Origin: Macrostomum hystrix
Lineage: Eukaryota > Animalia > Platyhelminthes
Direction of reading: 5' to 3'
NCBI GenBank assembly: GCA_950097015.1
Contig: CATNEN010000002.1
Location: 5,394,001 to 5,458,000 of the forward strand
Length of the DNA stretch: 64,000 nt
In this document: positions 24,870-38,264 of the stretch, piece by piece
Position numbering within the stretch: the first letter of the stretch is position 1
Layout of the letters: every line of letters begins with the position of its first letter
The notes under the pieces: model-generated
Database searches by the model: none
What the model was told of the DNA's origin: nothing
The model's input: only the letters and a program-made list of their open reading frames with translations
Made by a program: the position numbers and the translations under genes

Positions 24870-24926
24870 TAGCCCAGTGTTTTGGGCTTCGGACTTCTCA
24901 GAGAGAGGTCGGGAGTTCGAATCTCA
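24870..24926 (+). mobile_element. tRNA-derived SINE head (fragment)
   Basis: A-box-like TAGCCCAGTG and B-box GGAGTTCGAATC; GGTCGGGAGTTCGAATCTCA is identical to the copy near 48939. Confidence 0.6.
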
Positions 24927-24984
24927 AAGAATCTTAAAGTCATATCTTCACTCTAAAAAGTATCAACAAGTAATCCAGAATTTC

Positions 24985-26122
24985 CTTCCCTCCTCCCCAC
25001 TCTCCTTCCCCCCCAACTCTCCCCCAACTCTCCCCCCACTCTCCTTCTCTCCACCACTCTCCTACTCTCTCCCCTCTCTGTATCCATTCTCAAACTGTCT
25101 CCCCACACTCCTTCTCTCCACCACTCTCTCTCTCCCCCATTTTCCTTCTCTCTCCCCACTCTGCACCACTCTCCTTCTCTCCCTACTCTCCTTCTCTCCC
25201 CACTCTCCTTCTCTCCCCACTCTCCTTCTCTCCCCACTCTCCTTCTCTTCCCACTCTCCTTCTCTCCCCACTCTCCTTCTCTCCCTACTCTCCTTCTCTC
25301 CCCACTCTCCTTCTCTCCCCACTCTCCTTCTCTCCCCACTCTCCTTCTCTCCCCACTCTCCTTCTCTCCCCACTCTCCTTCTCTCCCTACTCTCCTTCTC
25401 TCCCTACTCTCCTTCTCTCCCCACTCTCCTTCTCTCCCTACTCTCCTTCTCTCCCTACTCTCCTTCTCTCCCCACTCTCCTTCTCTCCCTACTCTCCTTC
25501 TCTCCCTACTCTCCTTCTCTCCCTACTCTCCTTCTCTCCCTACTCTCCTTCTCTCCCTACTCTCCTTCTCTCCCCACTCTCCTTCTCTCCCCACTCTCCT
25601 TCTCTCCCTACTCTCCTTCTCTCCCCACTCTCCTTCTCTCCCCCACTCTCCTTCTCTCCCCCACTCTCCTTCTCTCCCCCACTCTCCTACTCTCTCCCCT
25701 CTCTGTATCCATTCTCAAACTGTCTCCCCACACTCCTTCTCTCCACCACTCTCCTTCTCTCCCCCACTCTCCTACTCTCTCCCCTCTCTGTATCCATTCT
25801 CAAACTGTCTCCCCACACTCCTTCTCTCCACCACTCTCTCTCTCCCCCATTTTCCTTCTCTCTCCACACTCTGCACCACTCTCCTTCTCCCCCACTCTCC
25901 TTCTCTACCCCCACTCTCCTTCTCTCCCCCACTCTCCTTCTCTCCCCACTCTCCTTCTCTCCCCACTCTCCTTCTCTCCCCACTCTCCTTCTCTCCCCAC
26001 TCTCCTTCTCTCCCCCACTCTCCTTCTCTCCCCCACTACCCTTCTCTCTCCCCACTCTCCCCCACACACTCCTTCTCTCCCTCCTCTTTCCCACTCTTCC
26101 CCCACTCTCCACCACTCTCCCC
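24985..26122. repeat. Minisatellite, ~17-bp CTCCTTCTCTCCCCACT with embedded longer duplicated blocks
   Basis: Tandem copies; the block CTCTGTATCCATTCTCAAACTGTCTCCCCACAC recurs three times. Confidence 0.93.
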
Positions 26123-26711
26123 CAGTCTATGTCGCGCCCCACAATATGTTGTTGCTGGCATTCGCAGATGTTTTCCAGTCTAGCGATGGCACCCGCTTCA
26201 CCCCAATGCACACAACTGGAACACTGTGGGAGGTCTCGTCAGACCAAGAAACAGGAGGAATGGAGCCACGTGCCTGACACTGTCCAAAGCAGTTCTTAAA
26301 GCAGAGAATTTAGCGCCCCTCCTTGTGCCATTGTTTTGCTTCTTCTGCGCTGAAGATTTCTATAATTTTCTTGCGAAATTTCATCGAGCGTGAAAAAGTA
26401 GGGGAAAACTGGGGATTCATTGCAATGCGAGGCGAGTGATAACACCCCAACTGAGGAGAAAAGTTTCGCCACACTGGCCAAGCTGAATGGGCTGGGGTCC
26501 AGGTTTGCAACTTCAAGCCTAAAGCGGTAATGGCCGACCAGCGCGGAAAGATTCGCAGCATGAACTACCTGCAGCAGCAGCAGCAGCAGCAAAAGCTTGT
26601 CGTAAGATTTCTGCGATTAACTCCCGCTGGGTGCGTCGCAATGGACCTGCGTTGTGTTTTCTCGGCTCTACACAGTGTCTACTGTCTACAAACTGCTAGA
26701 ATCATATCCTG

Positions 26712-27005
26712 AACTAAACGATTTCCTGGAAATAAACGATTTCCTGGAACTAAACGATTTATTGGAAATAAAGATTTACTGGAAATAAAGATTTCCTGGA
26801 AATAAAGATTACCTGGAAAAAAAGATTACCTGGAAATAAAGATTTCCTGGAAATAAAGATTTCCTGGAAAATAAACGACTTCCTGGAAATAAACGATTTT
26901 CTGGAAATAAACGATTACCTGGAAATAAACGACTTCCTGGAAATAAACGATTTTCTGGAACAAAAATATTTCCTAAAAACAAACGATTTCCTAGAAATAA
27001 ACGTT
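26712..27005. repeat. Minisatellite, ~18-bp CTGGAAATAAACGATTTC
   Basis: Direct tandem copies. Confidence 0.88.
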
Positions 27006-28404
27006 TTATTGTAATGAAACGAATTCCTGGGACTAAACTATTTGTTACTTATCAAACGATCTCCAAGAAATGACTAGCGCATTTAGATTCCTTGATAGTG
27101 TCCTTGAATTCGCTTCAGTATTGAAATATGTATCATTAGAAAAAAAAACATTTTTAATTGGCTTCAACGAGCCAAATCCCAAAGTTGAATCGGGGAATAC
27201 TTGGGATCATGCAGATGTAGATGGGGAATAAGCGGCATAGTTTTTAAGCCTTTCAATGCCTCTCTTTTACCGCGCGTTGACTTTCTTGTCTTTCTTTTTA
27301 TCCTACTTCCAGCGCTCACTTCAAAAGCAAGTTCTGAAGACCTACTTTTCTAGCTGACCTAAGCCTTATCCCATACCAGATTCCTATAGAATGTGTCCCC
27401 TTCCCAACGGCCAACCCCATATTAATTATAGAAATGGGAGGGGATTCAGCCGAGCAGTAATTAGCGCCAACGCGACAGGCGCATTTTCACCAGGCCGCTA
27501 ATACCCTCAGCCACCGCCTCCCCCCGACCTGCCCTTCTCCATTTTTCAAGTCAAATCTTTCTTGGCGCGCTTTCATTGGCCAGGACCCGTTGGACCAATC
27601 AGATTTCGATAGTCCGATTAGCGAGTTGACAGAAAATGAAATTGGCACTTTGTAGATAAAATATTTTCTATCGAAATATTTGGATCGGTAAATATATGAA
27701 ACCATTAATTTCAAATCAACTTCACAATCTACATGGCATTAGTTTATAAAGGGCATTGTCGTAAATTTTGAGAAATGTTTGGTTTGTGTTTGGGGTTCAA
27801 AAATGACTCGCAGAATTAACAACGGCACTGAGCGGAGGGGGGTTGCGCTTGATTCCGCGGCTTCACGCCCAAGTGACTTTCAAGTTAAGTTGAAGTGGAA
27901 CACACGGGAGGTCTAGGTCTAGGTCTTGTGCAGCGTGGAGAGGCCGAGGGTTGGAGACGACAACTGGTAATTTAAGGCCGGGGCAATTTTCCCTAGGAAA
28001 GTTGAGGGAATGAGACCAACTGCCGGCCGGAGTGACGGGACGGGGAAGAAAACTAGCAGTTGAAGTGGGGATTCCCAGCTGCTTATGAAGGATGTCGGCC
28101 CACTTTCCCCTGGGGGCAGCTGCAGGTCCTTCGTGTGGGTGCAGGAGGCCTTCATCAGTTCACTGCCAGTGGGATTATCCAGCCTGCCCTATTCGCTTCT
28201 TTCAGAAGAGAAGCAGGCAAGAGGCAATGAGGAGAAGAGTCTGCCTACCTTTCTCACCTCGCCGCTATTGCGCATCACCTCATTTACTAAGATTATCGTC
28301 CTTTGGTCTCACAATGCATTTTCACATCACCTCCTCCTGTTCTCACATTGAGCTCATGCCAGGAGATTTCACACTTCAATCTACTCGAGCTGCACCTGCT
28401 TCTC

Positions 28405-28920
28405 AACTCTAGTTCATACACACTATCTACCCTAATGAACTACTCTATCTACCCACCTCAATCTACTCCATCTACACACGTCAACCTACAACATATACTC
28501 ACCTCAATCTACTCTATCTACCCACCTCATCTACTCTATCTACCCACCTCAATCTACTCCATCTACCCATTTGAATCTACTCTATCTACCCACCTCAATC
28601 TACTCTATCTACCCACTTCAATCTAATCTTTCTACCTACCTCAATCTACTCTATCTACCCACCTCATCTACTCTATCTACCCACCTCAATCTACTCTATC
28701 TACCCACCTCAATCTACCCACCCATTTCAATATACTTTATCAGCCCTCGTCAATCTACTTTATCTACCCATTTCGATCTACTTTATCTACCCATTTCGAT
28801 CTACTTTATCTACCCATTTCGATCTACTTTATCTACCCATTTCGATCTACTTTATCAGCCCACGTCAATCTACTTTATCTACCCATTTCAATATACTCTA
28901 CCAACCACAGACAACTCACT
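28405..28920. repeat. Minisatellite, 23-bp AATCTACTCTATCTACCCACCTC with variant GATCTACTTTATCTACCCATTTC
   Basis: Degenerate tandem copies. Confidence 0.88.
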
Positions 28921-29669
28921 CTACCTTGTCTAATAAATCAACTGTTTCCGAATGAATCTGCTGTCTAACCCAGTCAGCCCTATTCAAGTTCCTCTGTTGT
29001 CAGTTTTGCGCGGCCTGCAGAACACTGCAGGTTCAATGAATCCTGTTTGCCATAGCAACTAAATCACGGCTCCCAAAGCTTTGACGCAATGCAATTCGGA
29101 CACCTCTGCGGTATCCCCTATATGATTTTGGGTCCCAATTATTGCCTATACGAATTATCCCTATCGAAACTGGAAAAAATCCCAAAGCCCGCGTAAGCAG
29201 TGTTTCCCCTTGATCTCCCAGCGAACTCTTCCCCTTCCTCCTCTCATGCGGTGCGCGCAGAAGCGGAAGGCCTGAAATTAATCCCATTAATATTGCCTTC
29301 GCATCGCCACCAGGCAGGGGGGCCTCGGGGATATCGAACCAAAGATTCCCGAATCCCACAATGTTACCGCTTCCACTTCTCCCTCTCCGCCCCTAGCCAG
29401 TCCTCCCCTGCGCCTCAATCCATCCCATCTTGTTAGCCCCATCCCAAACCTATACACTATTCCCCCAGGCTATTGGGAGGGACAGAGGGGAGAAATGCCC
29501 AGCGTCTTTAGATCCTCATCAACCGTCCGGGACCTTAATAGGCCGACTGTCTGTCAATATAAGCTTGCCAGCTAAACTTATCTCTTGCCAGTCTGGGCCA
29601 ATGCTCAGAGCTGAGTTGCCATGCCCGCTTGCGTTTGATAAAACAGCATGACTTTGCTGTATATTGCTT

Positions 29670-31428
29670 TCCACCGAATCTAGCCTCACCTACCCACCGA
29701 ATCTACCCTCACCTACCCACCAAATCTACCCTCACCTACCCACCGAATCTACCCTCACCTACCCACCGAATCTACCCTCACCTACCCACCGAATCTACCC
29801 TCACCTACCCACCGAATCTACCCTCACCTACCCACCGAATCTAGCCTCACCTACCCACCGAATCTACCCTCACCTACCCACCGAATCTACCCTCACCTAC
29901 CCACCGAATCTACCCTCACCTACCACCGAATCTACCCTCACCTACCCACCGAATCTACCCTCACCTACCCACCGAATCTACCCTCACCTACCCACCGAAT
30001 CTACCCTCACCTACCCACCGAATCTACCCTCACCTACCCACCGAATCTACCCTCACCTACCCACCGAATCTACCCTCACCTACCACCGAATCTACCCTCA
30101 CCTACCCACCGAATCTACCCTCACCTACCCACCGAATCTACCCTCACCTACCCACCGAATCTACCCTCACCTACCCACCGAATCTACCCTCACCTACCAC
30201 CGAATCTAGCCTCACCTACCCACCGAATCTACCCTCACCTACCCACCGAATCTACCCTCACCTACCACCGAATCTAGCCTCACCTACCCACCGAATCTAC
30301 CCTCACCTACCCACCGAATCTACCCTTACCTACCCACCGAATCTACCCTCACCTACCACCGAATCTAACCTCACCTACCCACCGAATCTACCCTCACCTA
30401 CTCACCGAATCTACCCTCACCTACCCACCGAATCTACCCTCACCTACCCACCGAATCTACCCTCACCTACTCACCGAATCTACCCTCACCTACTCACCGA
30501 ATCTACCCTCACCTACCCACCGAATCTACCCTCACCTACCCACCGAATCTACCCTCACCTACCCACCGAATCTACCCTTACCTACCCACCGAATCTACCC
30601 TCACCTACCACCGAATCTAGCCTCACCTACCCACCGAACCTACCCTCACCTACCACCGAATCTACCCTCACCTACCACCGAATCTAGCCTCACCTACCCA
30701 CCGAATCTACCCTCACCTACCCACCGAATCTACCCTCACCTACCCACCGAATCTACCCTCACCTACCACCGAATCTAGCCTCACCTACCCACCGAATCTA
30801 CCCTCACCTACCCACCGAATCTACCCTCACCTACCCACCGAATCTACCCTCACCTACCCACCGAATCTACCCTCACCTACCCACCGAATCTAGCCTCACC
30901 TACCACCGAATCTACCCTCACCTACCACCGAATCTAGCCTCACCTACCCACCGAATCTACCCTCACCTACCACCGAATCTAGCCTCACCTACCCACCGAA
31001 TCTACCCTCACCTACCCACCGAATCTACCCTCACCTACCCACCGAATCTAGCCTCACCTACCCACCGAATCTACCCTCACCTACCCACCGAATCTACCCT
31101 CACCTACCCACCGAATCTACCCTCACCTACCCACCGAATCTACCCTCACCTACCCACCGAATCTACCCTCACCTACCCACCGAATCTACCCTCACCTACC
31201 ACCGAATCTAGCCTCACCTACCCACCGAATCTACCCTCACCTACCCACCGAATCTACCCTCACCTACCCACCGAATCTAGCCTCACCTACCCACCGAATC
31301 TACCCTCACCTACCCACCGAATCTACCCTCACCTACCCACCGAATCTAGCCTCACCTACCCACCGAATCTAGCCTCACCTACCCACCGAATCTACCCTCA
31401 CCTACCCACCGAATCTACCCTCACCGAA
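29670..31428. repeat. Minisatellite, 23-bp CCGAATCTACCCTCACCTACCCA
   Basis: About 75 homogeneous copies. Confidence 0.96.
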
Positions 31429-31967
31429 TCAACTATTTCTTCCGTTTTAAGTGTTCGTCATCAATCTACTCTCTACAATCTACTCATGGTCGATTCATCC
31501 CAGCGAATTTCAAGATGAATGCAAGCCATCATTCCTAAATCATCCCATCCATCAACAATTCCTCGCTCTCACATGGTGGCAATTTAAAATCGAATAAATA
31601 AAATCGCCAATTATCATCCAAGGCTGGCAACCTTTCATTATAAGGCCGCTACAGTTGCCAATTGAATTCCCACCCAGTCAGTCATTCATTACACCGAGCC
31701 GGCGACACGGTTACCTGGCAGATAAAAAGCTGCCCGGTCTGCCGCGGTCTCGCTCCATGGGCGCCCCTTATTACGTAACAAAGCCAACAAACCAATGGGA
31801 TCTGGGATCAGATTGTTCTGGTACCGTTTGGCCAGATGTGTTCGAAATCTCTAACACAAAAAACACATGTCAGAACTCCACTCTCTATTGACCAATATGT
31901 CAAGATATGCACATATATTTTATATATTTTATACAGATTCTTTTCTAGATTTTATCTAATGCTATCT

Positions 31968-32295
31968 ATATCCCAGTCTACCATCTCCCAGTCTACCATC
32001 TCCCAGTCTACCATCTCCCAGTCTACCATCTCCCAGTCTACCATCTCCCAGTCTACCATCTCCCAGTCTACCATCTCCCAGTCTACCATCTCCCAGTCTA
32101 CCATCTCCCAGTCTACCATCTCCCAGTCTACCATCTCCCAGTCTACCATCTCCCAGTCTACCATCTCCCAGTCTACCATCTCCCAGTCTACCATCTCCCA
32201 GTCTACCATCTCCCAGTCTACCATCTCCCAGTCTACCATCTCCCAGTCTACCATCTCCCAGTCTACCATCCCATAATCAACAATCTCCCAGTCTC
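31968..32295. repeat. Minisatellite, 15-bp TCTACCATCTCCCAG
   Basis: About 20 near-identical copies. Confidence 0.96.
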
Positions 32296-32844
32296 ATATC
32301 AATCACTTCTTACAATGACCTCTATCGCAGCATTGTATCGTACGCACTACTACTGCTAGTGAGTAAGCAGTTTAGTAGACAATCAAGCGAATTCAAGTCA
32401 TAAAAAATTTTTTCTCTTTCTTTTGCCAGACCATGCAATAAAATGTGACCAGGCGGGGTTAGCGCTAGCCGGGGAACAAAGAGCTGCAACAAAGACACCG
32501 CGCCCCGAAGAATTCCGGGAAAAACTGACAGAGAGATCAGCGAAACGTGACCAATGTCGTATTGGCTGGAACAAAGCTTTACAGTCAATATAAATTAAAG
32601 AGTTTAATACTTGTCAGGCCTGTTCAACTGTCAAAAACGCACCCCCTGTTGATTTTTTAGGTTCATGCGTTGCTTCTATGAAAGGCAAGCGGAGACAACA
32701 TATTAATCGTTTGTGTTTGTATATAAACATTATCCTTGCTAATAACATAGGGCCCGGCTTTTTCATTATAAATAATTTAAAATTGCAATAAAACTAAATG
32801 AACTGAGTTTCCACCCGTTCAGCCCTAGATATGATGCTTGGAGA

Positions 32845-35740
32845 TGCTTGAGTATGGGACTAGAGATAGATTAAGTATGAGATTAGAGACTGATTGAGTA
32901 TGGGATTAGAGACTGATTGAGTATGGGATTAGAGATTGATTGAGTATGGGATTAGACATTGATTGAGTATGGGATTAGACATTGATTGAGTATGGGACTA
33001 GAGATTGATTAAGTATGAGATTATTGATGTTTGAGTATGGGATTAGAGACTGATTGAGTACGGGATTAGAGACTGATTGAGTATGGGATTAGAGATTGAT
33101 TGAGTATGGGATTAGAGACTGATTGAGTATGGGATTAGAGATTGATTGAGTATTGGATTAGAGATTGATTGAGTATAGGACTAGAGATTGATTAAGTATG
33201 GGATTAGAGACTGATTGAGTACGGGATTAGAGACTGATTGAGTATGGGATTAGAGACTGATTAAGTATGGGATTAGAGACTGATTGAGTATGGGATTAGA
33301 GATTGATTGAGTATGGGATTAGAGATTGATTGAGTATGGGATTAGAGATTGATTGAGTATGGGACTAGAGATTGATTAAGTATGGGATTAGAGACTGATT
33401 GAGTACGGGATTAGAGACTGATTGAGTATGGGATTAGAGACTGATTAAGTATGGGATTAGAGACTGATTGAGTATGGGATTAGAGATTGATTGAGTATGG
33501 GATTAGAGATTGATTGAGTATGGGATTAGAGATTGATTAAGTATGAGATTATTGATGTTAGAGTATGGGATTAGAGATTGATTGAGTATGGGATTAGAGA
33601 TTGATTGAGTATGGGATTAGAGATTGATTGAGTATGGGATTAGAGATTGATTGAGTATGGGATTAGAGATTGATTGAGTATGGGATTAGAGATTGATTGA
33701 GTATGGGACTAGAGATTGATTAAGTATGGGATTAGAGACTGATTGAGTACGGGATTAGAGACTGATTGAGTATGGGATTAGAGACTGATTAAGTATGGGA
33801 TTAGAGACTGATTGAGTATGGGATTAGAGATTGATTGAGTATGGGATTAGAGATTGATTGAGTATGGGATTAGAGATTGATTGAGTATGGGATTAGAGAT
33901 TGATTGAGTATGGGACTAGAGATTGATTGAGTATGAGATTATTGATGTTTGAGTATGGGATTAGAGATTGATTGAGTATGGGATTAGAGATTGATTGAGT
34001 ATGGGATTAGAGATTGATTGAGTATGGGATTAGAGATTGATTGAGTATGGGATTAGAGATTGATTGAGTATGGGACTAGAGATTGATTAAGTATGGGATT
34101 AGAGACTGATTGAGTACGGGATTAGAGACTGATTGAGTATGGGATTAGAGACTGATTAAGTATGGGATTAGAGACTGATTGAGTATGGGATTAGAGATTG
34201 ATTGAGTATGGGATTAGAGATTGATTGAGTATGGGATTAGAGATTGATTGAGTATGGGATTAGAGATTGATTGAGTATGGGATTAGAGATTGATTGAGTA
34301 TGGGATTAGAGATTGATTGAGTATGGGACTAGAGATTGATTAAGTATGGGATTAGAGACTGATTGAGTACGGGATTAGAGACTGATTGAGTATGGGATTA
34401 GAGACTGATTAAGTATGGGATTAGAGACTGATTGAGTATGGGATTAGAGATTGATTGAGTATGGGATTAGAGATTGATTGAGTATGGGATTAGAGATTGA
34501 TTGAGTATGGGATTAGAGATTGATTGAGTATGGGACTAGAGATTGATTGAGTATGAGATTATTGATGTTTGAGTATGGGATTAGAGATTGATTGAGCATG
34601 GGATTAGAGACTGATTGAGTATGGGATTAGAGATTGATTGAGCATGGGATTAGAGACTGATTGAGTATGAGATTAGAGACTGATTAAGTATGGTATTAGA
34701 GACTGATTGAGTATGAGATTATTGATGTTTGAGTATGGGATTAGAGATTGATTGAGCATGGGATTAGAGACTGATTGAGTATGGGATTAGAGATTGATTG
34801 AGTATGAGATTAGAGACTGATTAAGTATGGTATTAGAGACTGATTGAGTATGGGATTAGAGACTGATTGAGTATAGGATTAGAGACTGATTGAGTACGGG
34901 ATTAGAGACTGATTGAGTACGGGATTAGAGACTGATTGAGTATGGGATTAGAGATTGATTGAGTATGGGATTAGAGACTGATTGAGTATGGGATTAGAGA
35001 CTGATTGAGTATGGGATTAGAGATTGATTGAGTATGGGATTAGAGATTGATTGAGTATAGGATTAGAGACTGATTGAGTACGGGATTAGAGACTGATTGA
35101 GTACGGGATTAGAGACTGATTGAGTATGGGATTAGAGATTGATTGAGTATGGGATTAGAGACTGATTGAGTATGGGATTAGAGACTGATTGAGTATGGGA
35201 TTAGAGATTGATTGAGTATGGGATTAGAGATTGATTATGGGATTAGAGATTGATTGAGTATGGGATTAGAGATTGATTGAGTATGGGATTAGAGATTGAT
35301 TATGGGATTAGAGATTGATTGAATATGGGATTAGAGACTGATTGAGTATGGGATTAGAGATTGATTGAGTATGGGATTAGAGATTGATTGAGTATGGGAT
35401 TAGAGATTGATTATGGGATTAGAGATTGATTGAGTATGGGATTAGAGATTGATTGAGTATGGGATTAGAGACTGATTGAGTATGGGATTAGAGATTGATT
35501 GAGTATGGGATTAGAGATTGATTGAGTATGGGACTAGAGATTGATTGAGTATGAGATTATTGATGTTTGAGTATGGGATTAGAGATTGATTGAGCATGGG
35601 ATTAGAGACTGATTGAGTATGGGATTAGAGATTGATTGAGTATGGGATTAGAGATTGATTATGGGATTAGAGATTGATTGAGTATGGGATTAGAGACTGA
35701 TTGAGTATGGGATTATAGGTTGATTGAGTATGGGATTAGC
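32845..35740. repeat. Minisatellite, 23-bp GAGTATGGGATTAGAGAYTGATT (largest array, ~2.9 kb)
   Basis: About 125 copies with recurring multi-unit variant blocks. Confidence 0.96.
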
Positions 35741-36429
35741 TCGTATTATTCATTGATGGAATTAGCGATAAGGTAAGGAATAAATTTGAAAACAATCAAC
35801 TGACTGAGGGATTATTAGAGGCTCATTTCGAGAGCTGTAGTGAGGCTTGAGTGCCCAAGCAGGCTGATATTATATGATTTGGATAGCTTTTGAAAGGCCA
35901 CTGAGAGCTGATGAAAGTGAGTGGGTGTGCGTGTTTAGAAGGGAAATTATGATGAACTTGGGGTTTAGGGTTGGTGATGCAGTCACACTGGGAAAGACAG
36001 AAAATAAAGAAGGCTGTATAGGATTGGGAAATGAGGATCTGCAGCAACTATTTTCTACTTCCCCACAGCTGGCTCCACTCGTCTCTATGGCTTTGAATTT
36101 CCCCTCTACCCTTTATGATGATGCATCCATCCCTGTTGGGTCCTAAAAACACACACAGACACTTCCACAATATCCCATCCGGCTCCATTCCCACTTCACC
36201 GCACAAACATTGGGCGGAACTAAATAAAGATATGTCCGACAATAACAGCTGATTGCTTTCGCAGCGAAGCCTTGACTGATGACCGGGCTACGGAGTTTAA
36301 CACGAGCAATTTTAGCTGTCCCATTCGCAAATTAGTAGTGGCTTCATTTCACAGGTGTAATTTGATATTCACTCAATCTAAATGGATCTTTATGCCACTT
36401 ATTATTCTGTAGTTCAACTAAACACGCAG

Positions 36430-36915
36430 ATCCTCAAACGATCCCCATTAGCACCCATGATCCCAGATCCTCAAACAATCCCCATTAGCAGTGCTCTCAA
36501 TGATCCCTGATCCCCAAACAATCCCCATCAGCAGTGCTCTCAATGATCCCTGATCCCAAAACAATTCCCATTAGCAGTGCTCTCAATGATCCCAGATCCC
36601 AAACAATCCCCATTAGCAGTGCTCTCCATGATCCCAGATCCCCAAACAATCCCCATTAGCAGTGCTCTTAATGATCCCTGATCCCCAAATAATCCCCATT
36701 AGCAGTACTCCCCATGATCCCTGATCCCCAAACAATCCCCATTAGCAGTGCTCTCAATGATCCCTGATCCCCAAATAATCCCCATTAGCAGTACTCCCCA
36801 TGATCCCTGATCCCCAAACAATCCCCATTAACAGTGCTCCCAATGATCCCTGATCCCCAAACAATCCCCATTAGCAATGCTCCCAATGATCCCTGATCCC
36901 AAATTATCCCCTACT
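36430..36915. repeat. Minisatellite, ~43-bp ATGATCCCTGATCCCCAAACAATCCCCATTAGCAGTGCTCTCA
   Basis: About 11 copies. Confidence 0.92.
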
Positions 36916-37264
36916 GACAATGATCCCAATCAAATCCCTTATCTTAGTTATTAACCCCAGACTTCCCAGTGTCCCATAAACCATTATGGTTAAAGCATTT
37001 ACCATTCGTGTGATCCAAGATTAACAAAATCCCTTTAACCTTTTTTTCATAGACCTAATTATAAAGCATCAAGATTATCGTATTTTGATAACAATCATCC
37101 CTTCAACCTGGATACCTATAACGTCACCAGAAGCAGTCATAACGTCTATTCACGGTTTTAGACTCTAATTAAATGGTTCCCCCAGAATCTTGATGCATTT
37201 TTCGTGTCTCAGATTTCAAATTCTTCACTTCCAACTGTAGCCAATAAGGAAATATTCAACACTA

Positions 37265-37308
37265 TGATGGCCCCATGGACACAGTCCATGGACTCAACAG
37301 CTGTACAC
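37265..37308 (+). mobile_element. Short fragment matching the 3' part of the SINE copy at 48889-49030
   Basis: CAGTCCATGGACTCAACAGCTGTACAC versus CAGTCCATGGACTGAACAACTGTACAC at 49004-49030 (25/27 identical). Confidence 0.5.
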
Positions 37309-37847
37309 AGACTTAGCTGTAAGTGAGACATGAGATTGACAGGTGTTGTTAAACTTGACAGAGGTATACCATTTCCCTTGACGACCATAATTGAACGCAC
37401 AATGAACTGAATGTGAAAACTGATTCGCACCTAGAAAAAAAATTATTTCGTTGAAACAAATTTTAATTTTGTGCGAGCAGGTGCACAGACAACTGCAGTT
37501 ATCGATTTTATCAGATACAAAGGCATACTACAGTCATATGTCCATGTATTCACCATGTATTCACCAAACCATAGAAAACAGGATATTAAAATAGATAAGG
37601 GGATAATGTGGGAACACAAACTGCAACAACTGATAAAGAAGGCGGATATCTTCAAGTGGACAAAGCCAGACCAGACAGCAATGCAGCTAAAGATTAGTCA
37701 GTGATACTTCTACGAGTATATAGTATCCTAGGAACAAGACAAAGCAGAATTGTATTTTGCCAAAATGCAACACAAGCAGCTGCGTTTATGATTTGTGAAT
37801 TTCTGACAGACACGCCCTAACAAACAATCTATTTAGGTGCGCATACT

Positions 37848-37878
<31 letters not shown>

Positions 37879-38264
37879 TGGCAGGCCTTTGCACTACAAA
37901 GCAAACCAGTCTAAGCTTCACCTGCCAGTTTCATTATACTTTGTTGCTAGGCTAACCATTTTTCAATTCTTATCAGTGGAAAAGTATAAGCAAGCAACAA
38001 CTTGCTTAGGAAGTGAGCAGTTTATAATATAGCAATGAGCATTCATTGGAGCTGATCTCACCATTTTGAGTTGATTGTTTGTCTATATTAGTCATGGCCT
38101 GTGATTTCCTGCGTCAGTGCGGTTATAAGCACGCCAGAATAAACAAAGACCATTAATGCTTGGATAAAGACATTTTAGGTAATACCGATTGTATTATCGC
38201 GCTCAGACAGGACAGCGTCAATTTTTTTATTGTCCCCTAAACTTCACAATCACTAAACTTCCTC

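Noticed and set aside
24870-24926. Possible tRNA gene
   Set aside because: A and B boxes are present but there is no acceptor stem or cloverleaf, and the continuation matches a SINE body.
29033-29359. 108-aa minus-strand ORF in unique sequence
   Set aside because: No recognisable motif or splice signals; it looks like GC-rich regulatory DNA.
37209-37704. Short ORFs on both strands between arrays
   Set aside because: Under 80 aa, no homology recognised, and partly overlapping a SINE fragment.
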